Shown here one piece after another: positions 50,456 through 60,144 of a stretch of 64,000 nt of DNA. Each line of letters opens with the position of its first letter. The first letter of the stretch is position 1. The translations under genes were made by a program, and so were the position numbers. The notes below the pieces were generated by a model that had not been told where the DNA came from, did not search any database, and saw only the letters and a list, made by a program, of their open reading frames with translations. This DNA is from an uncultured Clostridia bacterium (lineage in GTDB: Bacteria > Acidobacteriota > Blastocatellia > Chloracidobacteriales > JADJPF01), in NCBI GenBank assembly GCA_964492845.1, contig CAZBMZ010000032.1, positions 12,090-76,089 on the forward strand. Direction: 5' to 3'.

Positions 50456-51619
50456 ATGTCACAAAAGAAAATACTTATCCTTACCTCTGACAGTGGTGGT
50501 GGTCATACTTCGGCTGCTCATGCTATTGAAGCAGGGTTAGGAATGTTTGCCGGTCGCCTCTCTTATTTAGTAGAAATTTCCCGTATTGTTGAAGATTCTA
50601 GTTATGTCACACGGCAATCTATCAATTTTTATAATTTCTTACTTCGTCATTATCAGTCCTATGTTAAATATTATCATTGGGCTATACATCAATTTAATCT
50701 GGATCGCTCTCTTTACAGATTTTACCGTAAATATATAAGTCAAACTGTAGACCGTTTTTGTCCTAATGTAATTGTATCGGTACATCCAATGGTGCAATAT
50801 GGAATTGCTCGTATTTTAGAGGACTTAAAATTACTAGATCGAATCCCATTAGTTACTGTAGTAACAGATCCTTGTGGAAATTCATGGAAAGGTTGGGCAA
50901 ATGAGCATGTACAGCTTTATTTAGTGGCACATGAACAAGCTCGCCAAGAAATGATAACTTATGGTGTGAGTCCTGAGCGTATTCGTATTTGTGGTATGCC
51001 AATACATCCTAAATTCCAAAAAGCTAGCCAATTAGTACCAAGCGAAATGCGTCAAGAACTTGGCTTAGATCCTGATAAATTTACAGTTTTTATTAATGCA
51101 GGTTGGATTGGTGGTGGAAACGTTCCAAAAGTTTTTGCCCATTTAACTAACACTAACCTAGATATGCAGGCAATTTTCCTAGCAGGAAATAATCCAAAGC
51201 TAAAACAAGAAATGGACAAACTTGCTGCTAATTCTCGTTTTCCTGTTAAAGTATTAGGTTATTCTAACAACATGGAACGACTAATGCGTTCAGCTAATGT
51301 AATGATTTCTAAAATAGGTGGTTTAACAACCTTTGAAGCTTTAGCTTGTCAATTACCAATTATTATGGATCATATTACTCCGCCAATGCCCCAAGAAGCT
51401 AATACAGCAGATTTAATTGCTAGCCATAATGCGGGCCTAAGGCTTTGTCAAGTAAGCGATATAGTACCAATCCTAAAAAATCTTATTGATAATCAAAGTG
51501 ACTGCCAAGCAATGAGTGAAGCAGCACAAGAATTATCTACACCAGATGCTACTCAGCGCGTAGTAAGTGAAATTTCTAGTTTTTTCTTACCTAAGAAATC
51601 ATTAATAGAAACTATTTAA
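50456..51619 (+). CDS. Glycosyltransferase family 28 (MGDG synthase/UgtP-like diacylglycerol glycosyltransferase)
   Basis: N-terminal ILILTSDSGGGHTSAAHAIEAGL, matching the MGDG_synth N-domain. C-terminal GT-B nucleotide-binding half (GGNVPK...ISKIGGLTTFEALACQLPII). Confidence 0.8.
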   Translation: MSQKKILILTSDSGGGHTSAAHAIEAGLGMFAGRLSYLVEISRIVEDSSYVTRQSINFYNFLLRHYQSYVKYYHWAIHQFNLDRSLYRFYRKYISQTVDRFCPNVIVSVHPMVQYGIARILEDLKLLDRIPLVTVVTDPCGNSWKGWANEHVQLYLVAHEQARQEMITYGVSPERIRICGMPIHPKFQKASQLVPSEMRQELGLDPDKFTVFINAGWIGGGNVPKVFAHLTNTNLDMQAIFLAGNNPKLKQEMDKLAANSRFPVKVLGYSNNMERLMRSANVMISKIGGLTTFEALACQLPIIMDHITPPMPQEANTADLIASHNAGLRLCQVSDIVPILKNLIDNQSDCQAMSEAAQELSTPDATQRVVSEISSFFLPKKSLIETI

Positions 51620-51624
51620 TTTCT

Positions 51625-51894
51625 ATGAGCAAAAAAACTAACTTAATTGAAAAAGTAGCCCGTGATACAAATCTTTCGCTAGATTTAGCGGAACGGGCTA
51701 TTAGTCTTATTTTAAGTGGTGTAGCAGAAGGGTTAAGAAAAGACGGGCAAGTTAGTTTAGGGGATTTTGGAGGTTTTAAGCTTTTTACTAAATCAGAAAA
51801 TTCCCTAGAAAATCCCTCATCATCAACTAGTAAAACCATAATTCAGTTTGCACCTAGTACTAAATTGCGCAATGTTATTAATAAAACAGAATAA
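51625..51894 (+). CDS. HU/IHF-family DNA-binding protein, divergent
   Basis: 89 aa. KTNLIEKVARDTNLSLDLAERAISLILSGVAEGLRKDGQVSLGDFGGFKL follows the HU fold pattern. The beta-arm is degenerate. Confidence 0.65.
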   Translation: MSKKTNLIEKVARDTNLSLDLAERAISLILSGVAEGLRKDGQVSLGDFGGFKLFTKSENSLENPSSSTSKTIIQFAPSTKLRNVINKTE

Positions 51895-51970
51895 TAGGTT
51901 TGACAAAACTAAGTCTTAACATATTAAACTTCTAGAATAAATTCCCCAAAAAGCGCAGGAGTATAAAAGC

Positions 51971-52675
51971 ATGAAGTATTTTGTTGTCTATGCACACCCA
52001 GAACCAAAAAGCTTTAATGGTGCAATGCTTAATTTAGCCAAAGAAGTTTTGCCTGCTCAAGGGCATGAAATAATAGTATCTGATCTTTATGGTAGACAAT
52101 TTAATCCTGTTTCTGGTCGTCATAATTTCCTTAATGTCAAAGAGCCACATTACTATAAACAACAAGTTGAAGAAATCTTTGCTTCAGAAACAGATAGTTT
52201 TGCCTCTGATGTAAAAGCTGAAATGGCTAAACTAGATTGGTGCGATGTACTAGTTTTTCAATTCCCTCTTTGGTGGTTTGGTCTTCCAGCAATATTAAAA
52301 GGTTGGGTAGATCGCGTTTTTGCTATGGGTCGCATCTATGGTGGTGGTAAATGGTATGACCAAGGAGTTTTTCATGGCAAAAAAGCTATGCTTGTGCTTA
52401 CTACTGGAGGTGGTGAGTCAATGTATACTCCTTTAGGATTAAATGGAAGTATTCATCAAATTCTTTTCCCTATTAATCATGGAATCCTTTATTTTGTTGG
52501 GTTTGATGTTTTGCCACCATTTATAGCTTATGGCGTTAGCCGTGTTAGCACTGAACGCCGTAAAGCTTATTTAGAAGAATATAAGCAAAGATTATTAGGC
52601 GTTAACGAAACACCTAAACTTGTTTTTCCAACCTTAGCCGATTATGACGAGACTTTTCAGCTTAAAAAACAATAG
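51971..52675 (+). CDS. NAD(P)H:quinone oxidoreductase (flavodoxin-like fold, NQO1/Flavodoxin_2 family)
   Basis: MKYFVVYAHPEPKSFNGAM...FQFPLWWFGLPAILKGWVDRVF is diagnostic. Confidence 0.8.
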   Translation: MKYFVVYAHPEPKSFNGAMLNLAKEVLPAQGHEIIVSDLYGRQFNPVSGRHNFLNVKEPHYYKQQVEEIFASETDSFASDVKAEMAKLDWCDVLVFQFPLWWFGLPAILKGWVDRVFAMGRIYGGGKWYDQGVFHGKKAMLVLTTGGGESMYTPLGLNGSIHQILFPINHGILYFVGFDVLPPFIAYGVSRVSTERRKAYLEEYKQRLLGVNETPKLVFPTLADYDETFQLKKQ

Positions 52676-52767
52676 TTGCTATTTACCATAATAGATTGTT
52701 TGCAACATCCAACGGCCTATTCTATTATTCAAAGGGCAGATCTGGTCATTTGAGGTAAATAATTGCT

Positions 52768-53556
52768 ATGTTATCAAAAAAAATATCTTTATTTTTTACT
52801 CTTTTTTTAATAGCCAATCTTTTTTCAACTAATATTTTTGCTCAATCTGGACGTGTAAAATCTCGTGACAACAATAGTCCTAATTCTCTTTCCCGTAGTA
52901 ATAGTAATAGTTCTTCAACTCGTTCAATTGCTACAACTCCAACTATTAACAAAATTCCTAAAAACACTTTATTAAACTTACATTTAGATCAATCTTTAAG
53001 CTCAAGAACTAATAAAAAAGGTGAAGAGTTTATTGTTAGGTTATCTGAACCAGTATTTGTTAAGGATCAATTAGCACTTACTAGAGCATCAGTTAAATGC
53101 CACATTATCAATGTTGAAGCAGCAGCACGTAAGGGAAAAAATGGTTCTTTAACCATTGGGTTTGATGAGCTAATTTTAGATGATGGAACAAAAATTCCCT
53201 TAAAAGCTTCTCTTTTTTCTGTAATTAACCGCACAGATCAAGTAGTAGATGAAGATGGTGAAGGTAAAATCAAAGATCCAAGTAAAGGAAGAAGTAAAGT
53301 TGGAACAATAGCAACTCAAACTGGGATTGGTGCTGGCATTGGTGGGATTACTGGAGGAGCAGCCGGAGCAGGGATTGGTGCTGGTATTGGTGCTGGAGTT
53401 GGTTTAGGTGGAGTTTTATTAGCAAAAGGACGTGATATTGAATTATTGTCTGGCTCACGTCTACAAATTAGACTAGATATAGATATACTGCTTAATCAAA
53501 ATACTGAAACAAGTAAACCTATAGAAACAGCAGAACCCGCAACACAACAAAATTAA
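52768..53556 (+). CDS. Secreted protein with a Ser/Asn-rich linker and a C-terminal glycine-zipper segment
   Basis: Signal peptide. NSPNSLSRSNSNSSSTRS low-complexity stretch. GIGAGIGGITGGAAGAGIGAGIGAGVGLGGVLLA is a GxxxG-repeat glycine zipper. Confidence 0.55.
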   Translation: MLSKKISLFFTLFLIANLFSTNIFAQSGRVKSRDNNSPNSLSRSNSNSSSTRSIATTPTINKIPKNTLLNLHLDQSLSSRTNKKGEEFIVRLSEPVFVKDQLALTRASVKCHIINVEAAARKGKNGSLTIGFDELILDDGTKIPLKASLFSVINRTDQVVDEDGEGKIKDPSKGRSKVGTIATQTGIGAGIGGITGGAAGAGIGAGIGAGVGLGGVLLAKGRDIELLSGSRLQIRLDIDILLNQNTETSKPIETAEPATQQN

Positions 53557-53582
53557 AATAGTTTTGGAAGATATCCAAAAAC

Positions 53583-53620
53583 AAATGTCTTGCTTAGTTG
53601 TGAGCAAGACATTTATCTTT
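53583..53620. terminator. Bidirectional rho-independent terminator between convergent genes
   Basis: AAATGTCTTGCT-tagttgtg-AGCAAGACATTT is a 12-bp stem. It is flanked by T-rich sequence on the + strand (ATCTTTT) and A-rich sequence upstream. Confidence 0.65.
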
Positions 53621-53628
53621 TAAAGTAC

Positions 53629-54339
53629 TTAATCAACCGAGTAAGCTTGCTTAAAAACATCCTTAAATGAATTTTCTAACCATTGGAGTAGTTCAATTCC
53701 TTCTAAACCTTTTGGTGCAGATATAAAATATTTATGTCCAAAAATATTTGTCTCTGCTTTTCCTCCAACTCTTTCTGTTTTTAAGTGTCTCTTATCTTTA
53801 TTATCTGCAATATCATGAAGATTGATTTCAAAAGTAACTTCCCGAACAGGATCACGAAAATAAGTGATTTTTACAGGGAAATGACGCCGATATTGTGCTT
53901 GACCAAAAGACACTACAAAAACCATATACATTTGATCTACATCGTCTTTATGTTCAATTTGAAAGGAAAATAATTCGCTTTGTCCTTTTAGCCGATCAAC
54001 AAAATATTGCATTGTCCTACAATGAAGATTAAATAAATCTATTAATTTCATTTGATCGCGCACATTTTCTTGGTCACGTTCACGGCGTTTTTCCAGTGCA
54101 GAAATAGCAATATCAACTAATTTACTGGTTTCTGTTGCTCCAAATTCAGCTACAGAATCAAGCAATGTTTTATCCATCTTTCTTATTTGTTCAAAGATTT
54201 CAAATTGTGGTTCTATAGCATTGGCAGCCATTCTTTCTGTTACTTCTTCAGGAGTCATTTCCTTTAATCGGTATCCATCCCAGGGACAAAAGACTTTATT
54301 AACTTCCCACATCTTATCGCATATTGGGCAACGCTTCAT
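53629..54339 (-). CDS. Hypothetical protein with an N-terminal zinc ribbon (CPICD...CPWDG)
   Basis: Lies 4 nt downstream of pepP on the same strand. I prefer the start MKRCPICDK. The longer ORF-track start at 54360 would overlap pepP by 17 nt. Confidence 0.5.
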   Translation of the reverse strand: MKRCPICDKMWEVNKVFCPWDGYRLKEMTPEEVTERMAANAIEPQFEIFEQIRKMDKTLLDSVAEFGATETSKLVDIAISALEKRRERDQENVRDQMKLIDLFNLHCRTMQYFVDRLKGQSELFSFQIEHKDDVDQMYMVFVVSFGQAQYRRHFPVKITYFRDPVREVTFEINLHDIADNKDKRHLKTERVGGKAETNIFGHKYFISAPKGLEGIELLQWLENSFKDVFKQAYSVD

Positions 54340-54343
54340 TTTT

Positions 54344-55708
54344 CTAATTCCCCCGTCCAATAATTGCTTCTAATTCATTGATTTGCTTTGGTACAAGAGC
54401 AGTTAATATTTCTGCTCCTTGTTCAGTGACTAATACATCATCTTCAATACGTATTCCAATATTGTGATATTTTGCTGGTACATCATCCATTGGTCTAATA
54501 TAAATTCCTGGTTCAACAGTTAGTATCATTCCTGGCTCTAATAAACGTGACTCATCAGATTGCTTATATTTACCTACGTCATGTGTATCTATACCTAACC
54601 AATGGCTAGTGCGGTGCATAAAAAACTTTTGATATTGTTTTTCTTCTATAACTTTGTCGCGTTCACCAGAAAGTAAGCCCAAATTAAAAAGTCCATCTAC
54701 AATTACATCTAAAGCCGCTTGATGAACATCCTCAAAGGCTGCACCCGGCTTTACTTTTTCAATTGCAGCAAGCTGAGCATTCAAAACTATCTCATAAATT
54801 TCTTTTTGTTCATTAGTAAATCGGCCATTAGCTGGATAAGTTCGGGTAATATCTGAACAATAATGTTCATATTCTGCACCAGCGTCTACTAGTAAAAGAT
54901 CGTTATCCTTTATCTGGCAGTTATTTTCTACATAATGCAAAATTGTAGCATTAGCACCCGCGCCAACAATTGAGTTATAAGCTGGAGCATTAGCACCTGA
55001 GCGACGAAAATAATGTTCAATGATAGCTTCAATTTCAAACTCATACATCCCAACTTTAACCGCTTTCATTGCTGCTAAATGAGCTTGTGCAGCAATTGTG
55101 GCCGAGCGTCGCATTAATTCTAATTCTTCAGGTGTTTTAATAAGGCGCATTTCCTGTAAGATTTCCGTTGGGTCAACTACTGAATAAGGGCCTACACCAT
55201 TGCGCCGACGCATTGAGCGAAAATATTTAATTAAATTAATAATTCTTTGATCAAATCTTTGCTCATTGCCTAAAGAATAGTAAATAAAATCCGCTTTTTC
55301 TAAATATTTGGGTAGTTCTTCATCTAGCTTTTCAATTTCATAAGTAGCATCTGCGCCTAATAATTCTTTAGCACGTTCTGGGCCAACACGCCGCCCTTCC
55401 CAAATCTCTTTTTCCTCATTGCGAGGACGAACAAATAAAACAAATTTATGTTCTGCATGTGTTGGTGCAAGTAAACATACCGCTTCTGGTTCAGTAAATC
55501 CTGTTAAATAATACAAATCGCTATTTTGTCTATAACGATAATCTGTGTCATTAGTGCGAATAGTGGTTGGTGCGCTAGGAAAAATCGCTACTCCATTTCC
55601 TAGTTTTGATAGAAATTCTTCCCGACGTTTTTTATAAATTTCTGGTGATAAAGTAAGTCGATAATTATTTGTTATTTGCTCGGTAACAATGGTTTCTGGG
55701 CTAAACAT
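54344..55708 (-). CDS. pepP: Xaa-Pro aminopeptidase (M24B)
   Basis: N-terminal AMP_N domain plus the pita-bread fold: DNDLLLVDAGAEYEHYCSDITRT, HWLGIDTHD, and metal ligands E...E. Confidence 0.9.
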   Translation of the reverse strand: MFSPETIVTEQITNNYRLTLSPEIYKKRREEFLSKLGNGVAIFPSAPTTIRTNDTDYRYRQNSDLYYLTGFTEPEAVCLLAPTHAEHKFVLFVRPRNEEKEIWEGRRVGPERAKELLGADATYEIEKLDEELPKYLEKADFIYYSLGNEQRFDQRIINLIKYFRSMRRRNGVGPYSVVDPTEILQEMRLIKTPEELELMRRSATIAAQAHLAAMKAVKVGMYEFEIEAIIEHYFRRSGANAPAYNSIVGAGANATILHYVENNCQIKDNDLLLVDAGAEYEHYCSDITRTYPANGRFTNEQKEIYEIVLNAQLAAIEKVKPGAAFEDVHQAALDVIVDGLFNLGLLSGERDKVIEEKQYQKFFMHRTSHWLGIDTHDVGKYKQSDESRLLEPGMILTVEPGIYIRPMDDVPAKYHNIGIRIEDDVLVTEQGAEILTALVPKQINELEAIIGRGN

Positions 55709-55857
55709 AAAAACTTATCCTAAACGATTTTTTGGCAAAGTTGATAGATAAAGAAAACTTAACCTTGCTAATATAACACGCTTAAATCTACTACTCATAA
55801 CAAAGCTAGCAAGGCTTAAGCAATTAAAAATTTATGCTATAAAAAAAGGAAAAATTT

Positions 55858-56424
55858 ATGAGTGATGTTAACAAAGCTATTGAAACTCAACTAAAAAATA
55901 TTCAAACAAAAACAGGTAAAACCCTGGATGAATTAACACTGGTAATTAAACAAAGTGGTCTTACTAAACATGGTGAAATCCGCGATATGCTTAAAAAAGA
56001 CTTAAACTTAGGTCATGGTGATGCTAATACTTTGACACATTTATTTCTTAATCCTGCTGAAAGCGAACCCAAAGATAGCTCATCAACTGACATACTTAAT
56101 GAAATTTATGTAGGTGCTAAGACAGGCTTACGACCTATTCATGAAAAGCTGATGGAAGCAATTAATGAGTTTGGTACATTTGAAACTGCTCCTAAAAAAG
56201 GTTATGTTAGTTTACGTCGTAAAAAACAATTTGCGATGATTACACCTGCTACTAACACTCGTGTAGAGGTAGGAATAAATATGAAAGCTCTTCAAGCTAC
56301 TGATAGACTAGTTGAAATGCCTGCTAACAGTATGTGTCATTTCAAAGTAAAGCTAACAACTGTTGAAGAAGTAGATTCAGAGCTTATTAATTGGATAAAA
56401 CAAGCTTATGAAGCGGCTGGATAA
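55858..56424 (+). CDS. DUF4287/DUF5655-like hypothetical protein
   Basis: The N-terminus (KTGKTLDELTLVIKQSGLTKHGEIRDMLKKDLNLGHGDANTL) matches the DUF4287 pattern. Confidence 0.55.
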   Translation: MSDVNKAIETQLKNIQTKTGKTLDELTLVIKQSGLTKHGEIRDMLKKDLNLGHGDANTLTHLFLNPAESEPKDSSSTDILNEIYVGAKTGLRPIHEKLMEAINEFGTFETAPKKGYVSLRRKKQFAMITPATNTRVEVGINMKALQATDRLVEMPANSMCHFKVKLTTVEEVDSELINWIKQAYEAAG

Positions 56425-56460
56425 TTTTTATTAATTTTTAGAGTCAGAAAAGGAAAATTT

Positions 56461-56976
56461 ATGCACTTACATGGCGACCGTAGAATTTATACAGGCTCTC
56501 CTGATGAATTAATTTGTCTATGCTTAAAAGTTAACCGACAAAAAGTTTTGGACACAATCCTAGAAATAGATGCAAATACTGTTGCTCAAGTCCGTCGTAA
56601 GTGCAAAGCTGGCGGTGGTTGTGGTTCCTGTCATGAAGAAATCGCTCGACTTATTATTTCACGTCGTTTTGATACAACCTTAGATTTCCATAATCATATT
56701 GGAGACGATGAGGAAGATTTACATTTTCATTTATCTGAAAATACAGAAGATAAAATAATTGAAAACTATGTTGTAGAGGAAATTAAGAATTTTCTTACAC
56801 AAGAAATTAATTCTTATCTAGCAAAATTTAATGTCACGGCTCAAGTAATAGAAAGCGGCGAAGAAATAGTTTTAGCCTTAGATGGGGCTGACCAAGAATT
56901 AAAATATACTTTAGGCTTTTGGCTAGATTTAAGATTTCATGAAAAATTCCCGACTATTACAGTAATTATTGCTTAA
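56461..56976 (+). CDS. BFD-like [2Fe-2S]-binding domain protein
   Basis: CLCLKV...(30 aa)...CKAGGGCGSCHEE carries the four Cys of a BFD-type [2Fe-2S] motif. Confidence 0.6.
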   Translation: MHLHGDRRIYTGSPDELICLCLKVNRQKVLDTILEIDANTVAQVRRKCKAGGGCGSCHEEIARLIISRRFDTTLDFHNHIGDDEEDLHFHLSENTEDKIIENYVVEEIKNFLTQEINSYLAKFNVTAQVIESGEEIVLALDGADQELKYTLGFWLDLRFHEKFPTITVIIA

Positions 56977-56979
56977 TTA

Positions 56980-57921
56980 TTAACTAAAAGAATTTTTCAA
57001 AGCACTGCGTAAATAACGAACAATTTGAGGGGAAATCAAGTTTAACGGCAAGACTTTCTTCCCTCCAACTTGAGCTACTTTTTCAAAACAAAAACTATCA
57101 GCAATAACTAAATCAGCAACGTTAACTAGTGATTGCCATTTTTTAGTATCAGCAAAAATTTCTGTCCTAACCATTAAATCTTCACCTCTTAAAGAAGCAA
57201 TCACAATTCGGGAAAACTCTAATACAGTTTCACCAATAGAAACTAGTCCAACCATTGCCCCTACAGGTAGTTTTTTAAGCTTTTCAGCTTCTTGTTGACC
57301 TGTTTGTAAATTTATATTTATTAGTAAAATATCTTTAGGAAGTAACTTTTTAATTTCTACTGAATGATAAGCTGTAGCTATTGAAAGCGCGCCTGTTAAC
57401 ATTATTGTTTTAGCAGCCACTTCCAAAGGTGTTGCAGCTAAAATTTCACATTCAAAATGCTGTTTTAGCTCATAAATTAATATTTTTTGTAAATCTTTTG
57501 CTGGTTCAATAATTAAAATATGGTCTGGTGGCTGCTTATCCAACCATTTTATTACAGACTCACGAATTGATTGCAGCGAGTAGCCTTGTTTACGAGCAAC
57601 TTCTAAAAAACTACGGATAATGCTATCTAAATCACTTTCTTCTGAAATAATTAAATTTGGTTTATTTACATAAACACCGCTTCCATGTTTAATTTCTACT
57701 AAATTACGGTCTGCTAATTCTCCATAAGCGGTGCTAACTGTATTATGATGAATACCTAAGCGACGCGCTAGAGTACGAACTGAAGCTAGTTTATCACCTG
57801 GTTTAAGCAGACCATTCACTATTTGCAAGCTTAATTGTGTTACTAATTGCTCATGAATTGAAATTGTACTATCACGAGATAAAACTAGCTCCAAAGTTTT
57901 ATTAGTGCGTAAGTTAGTCAT
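56980..57921 (-). CDS. GntR-family transcriptional regulator with a C-terminal ligand-binding domain
   Basis: winged-HTH LASVRTLARRLGIHHNTVSTAYGELADRNLVEIKHGSGVYV. Confidence 0.75.
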   Translation of the reverse strand: MTNLRTNKTLELVLSRDSTISIHEQLVTQLSLQIVNGLLKPGDKLASVRTLARRLGIHHNTVSTAYGELADRNLVEIKHGSGVYVNKPNLIISEESDLDSIIRSFLEVARKQGYSLQSIRESVIKWLDKQPPDHILIIEPAKDLQKILIYELKQHFECEILAATPLEVAAKTIMLTGALSIATAYHSVEIKKLLPKDILLININLQTGQQEAEKLKKLPVGAMVGLVSIGETVLEFSRIVIASLRGEDLMVRTEIFADTKKWQSLVNVADLVIADSFCFEKVAQVGGKKVLPLNLISPQIVRYLRSALKNSFS

Positions 57922-57933
57922 TAAATCCTCTAA

Positions 57934-58741
57934 TTAAATTAACTTAATATGTTGGCTACAAGGCATTCTTTGACGAATTGCGTCAAGGTAATCAAAATCT
58001 AAATCGGCAAGAATTACAGTTTCTTTATCAGATGCTTTTGCAATTACAGTTCCCCAAGGGTCAACAATTAAAGCACGACCATAGCTAGCACGACGTGGAG
58101 TATGTTGTCCAAATTGTGCTGGAGCAATTATATAAACTTGATTTTCTATGGCTCGCGCTCGCAGCAAAACTTCCCAATGATCGCGGCCTGTTTGCAATGT
58201 AAAAGCTGAAGGAACAAAAATGGCTTTTGCTCCAGCTAAAGTTAGACGACGGTAAAGTTCAGGAAATCGCAAATCATAGCAAATAGTTAAACCTATTTTA
58301 TGGTCTAATACCGTTGTAGTAACCATTTCATCGCCTGCTTGAACAAACTGAGATTCCATCAGCACAGTACCATCAGGCAAAGTAACATCAAAAAGATGTA
58401 TTTTTCGGTAATGAGCAATTATATTGCCTTCCGTGTCAAAAACTAGACTAGTGTTATAAATTTTATCAGACGTTTCCGCTTTTTCTGGAAAGCTTCCTGC
58501 GAGGAGAAAAATTTTTAATCTTTGAGCAAGTTCCTTACACCATGCAACTAAATCACCTGTAAGAGTTTGTCGATATTCAATAGCTTCTGATTCTGAGCGT
58601 AAATAAGCAAAATTTTCTGGTAAAGCTACCATTTTTGCCCCTCGTTCAGCAGCTTGACAAATAAGCTTTTCACTACGATTTAAGTTGTCTAAAACTTTAT
58701 CTGTAGAATTTATCTGCACAACACCAACAGTAAACATCTGT
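57934..58741 (-). CDS. Carbon-nitrogen hydrolase (nitrilase superfamily)
   Basis: Catalytic E-K-C context: ALPENF, KIHLFD, LTICYDLRFPE. I prefer the start MFTVGVVQ, which has an AAAGGAG RBS. The ORF-track start at 58851 is an upstream extension. Confidence 0.8.
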
Positions 58742-58942
58742 ATAATCTCCTTTTTTACAATAGTTTTTATAGCCATTAAAGCCAAATCTGCTAACAAAGA
58801 GAACAATTTAGCAAGCCTTTTTGTATTTGTTTTTAGTTTATATTCTTGCAAATAGCAAATAGAAGTTTAATTTTTAATCTAAAAATCCCGTGAATGCTCA
58901 ATTTGTAGCTCAAATTGCTGTCGTGTGGGTAGAAAAATTTTT

Positions 58943-60130
58943 ATGAATCCTTGGCGAGATCTTAAAGGTTTACCTAAAGAGTTATGGTTACTCTCTGCAA
59001 CCGTGTTAATAAATCGTGCTGGTACTATGGTATTGCCTTTTTTAATGATCTATTTAACCAAAGCATTAAATATCCCAGCACAAAAAGCTAGTCTTGCACT
59101 AATAGCACATGGAATTGGTGGAATACTGACGGCTCCGCTAGCTGGTCGAATTGCTGACCATATTGGAGCTAGCAAAATAATGAAAATATCTTTGGTTTTA
59201 TCTGGGATAACATTATTTTTCTTTCCATTTATCCATAATTTTACTGCCATTATTGTCATGACTTTTATTTGGTCAATTATTAGCGAGGCTTTTCGCCCTG
59301 CTTGTATGGCAATAATTAGCGAAATAGTCCCAATCTCCCAATTAAAACAAGCTTTTGCCTTAAATCGTCTAGCAATAAACCTAGGAATGAGTTTTGGCCC
59401 GGCTGTTGGAGGCTTTTTAGTCTACTTTTCTTATCCTCTTCTATTTGTTGTAGATGGAGTTACTTCCCTAGTAGCAGGAATTATACTTATACTTTTCTTT
59501 AAACATGTAAAAAAAGTGTTTTCCGTAAAAAATGAAAGTGACATAAAGCTAGAAAATAATGTTGAAATCTTACCACCAGCAAAAAATAGAGCTTTTATTT
59601 ATTTTCTATTAGCACTAATTCCAACTATATTAGTATTTTTCCAGCTAGAAAGTACAGCACCGCTTTATTTAGTTAGAGATCTAAAAATGTCAGAAGCCAT
59701 TTATGGTCTATTATTTACATTAAATACAATAATTATCACATTTTTAGAAATTCCAATTAATTCCATTACTAACTCTTGGGCTTACAAATATTCTTTAGCG
59801 TTGGGTTGTATTTTAATTGCTCTAGGATTTGGTGCAATGATTTGGATTAGCGATCCAATCACAGCAGCAATTAGTGTTGTTATTTGGACTTTTGGAGAAA
59901 TGATTTTATTTCCTGCAAGTTCTGCTTATGTTGCAGAAGTTTCGCCTGTTAGCAAACGTGGTGAATATATGGGCATTTTTGCTATGTCTTTTGGCGTTGG
60001 AACTACTTTAGGGCCAGTTTTTGGCACAAACACTTTAGAAATTTTTGGTGCCTCAACACTTTGGCTAAGTTGTTTATTTTTGGGTTTTATTTCTGCAACA
60101 ATGATGCTAAAAATCAAACAAAAAGCTTAA
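58943..60130 (+). CDS. MFS transporter
   Basis: 12 TM helices. MFS loop 2-3 motif GRIADHIGASK. The alternative GTG start at 58925 is possible. Confidence 0.8.
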   Translation: MNPWRDLKGLPKELWLLSATVLINRAGTMVLPFLMIYLTKALNIPAQKASLALIAHGIGGILTAPLAGRIADHIGASKIMKISLVLSGITLFFFPFIHNFTAIIVMTFIWSIISEAFRPACMAIISEIVPISQLKQAFALNRLAINLGMSFGPAVGGFLVYFSYPLLFVVDGVTSLVAGIILILFFKHVKKVFSVKNESDIKLENNVEILPPAKNRAFIYFLLALIPTILVFFQLESTAPLYLVRDLKMSEAIYGLLFTLNTIIITFLEIPINSITNSWAYKYSLALGCILIALGFGAMIWISDPITAAISVVIWTFGEMILFPASSAYVAEVSPVSKRGEYMGIFAMSFGVGTTLGPVFGTNTLEIFGASTLWLSCLFLGFISATMMLKIKQKA

Positions 60131-60144
60131 GGTTTTTTATCTTT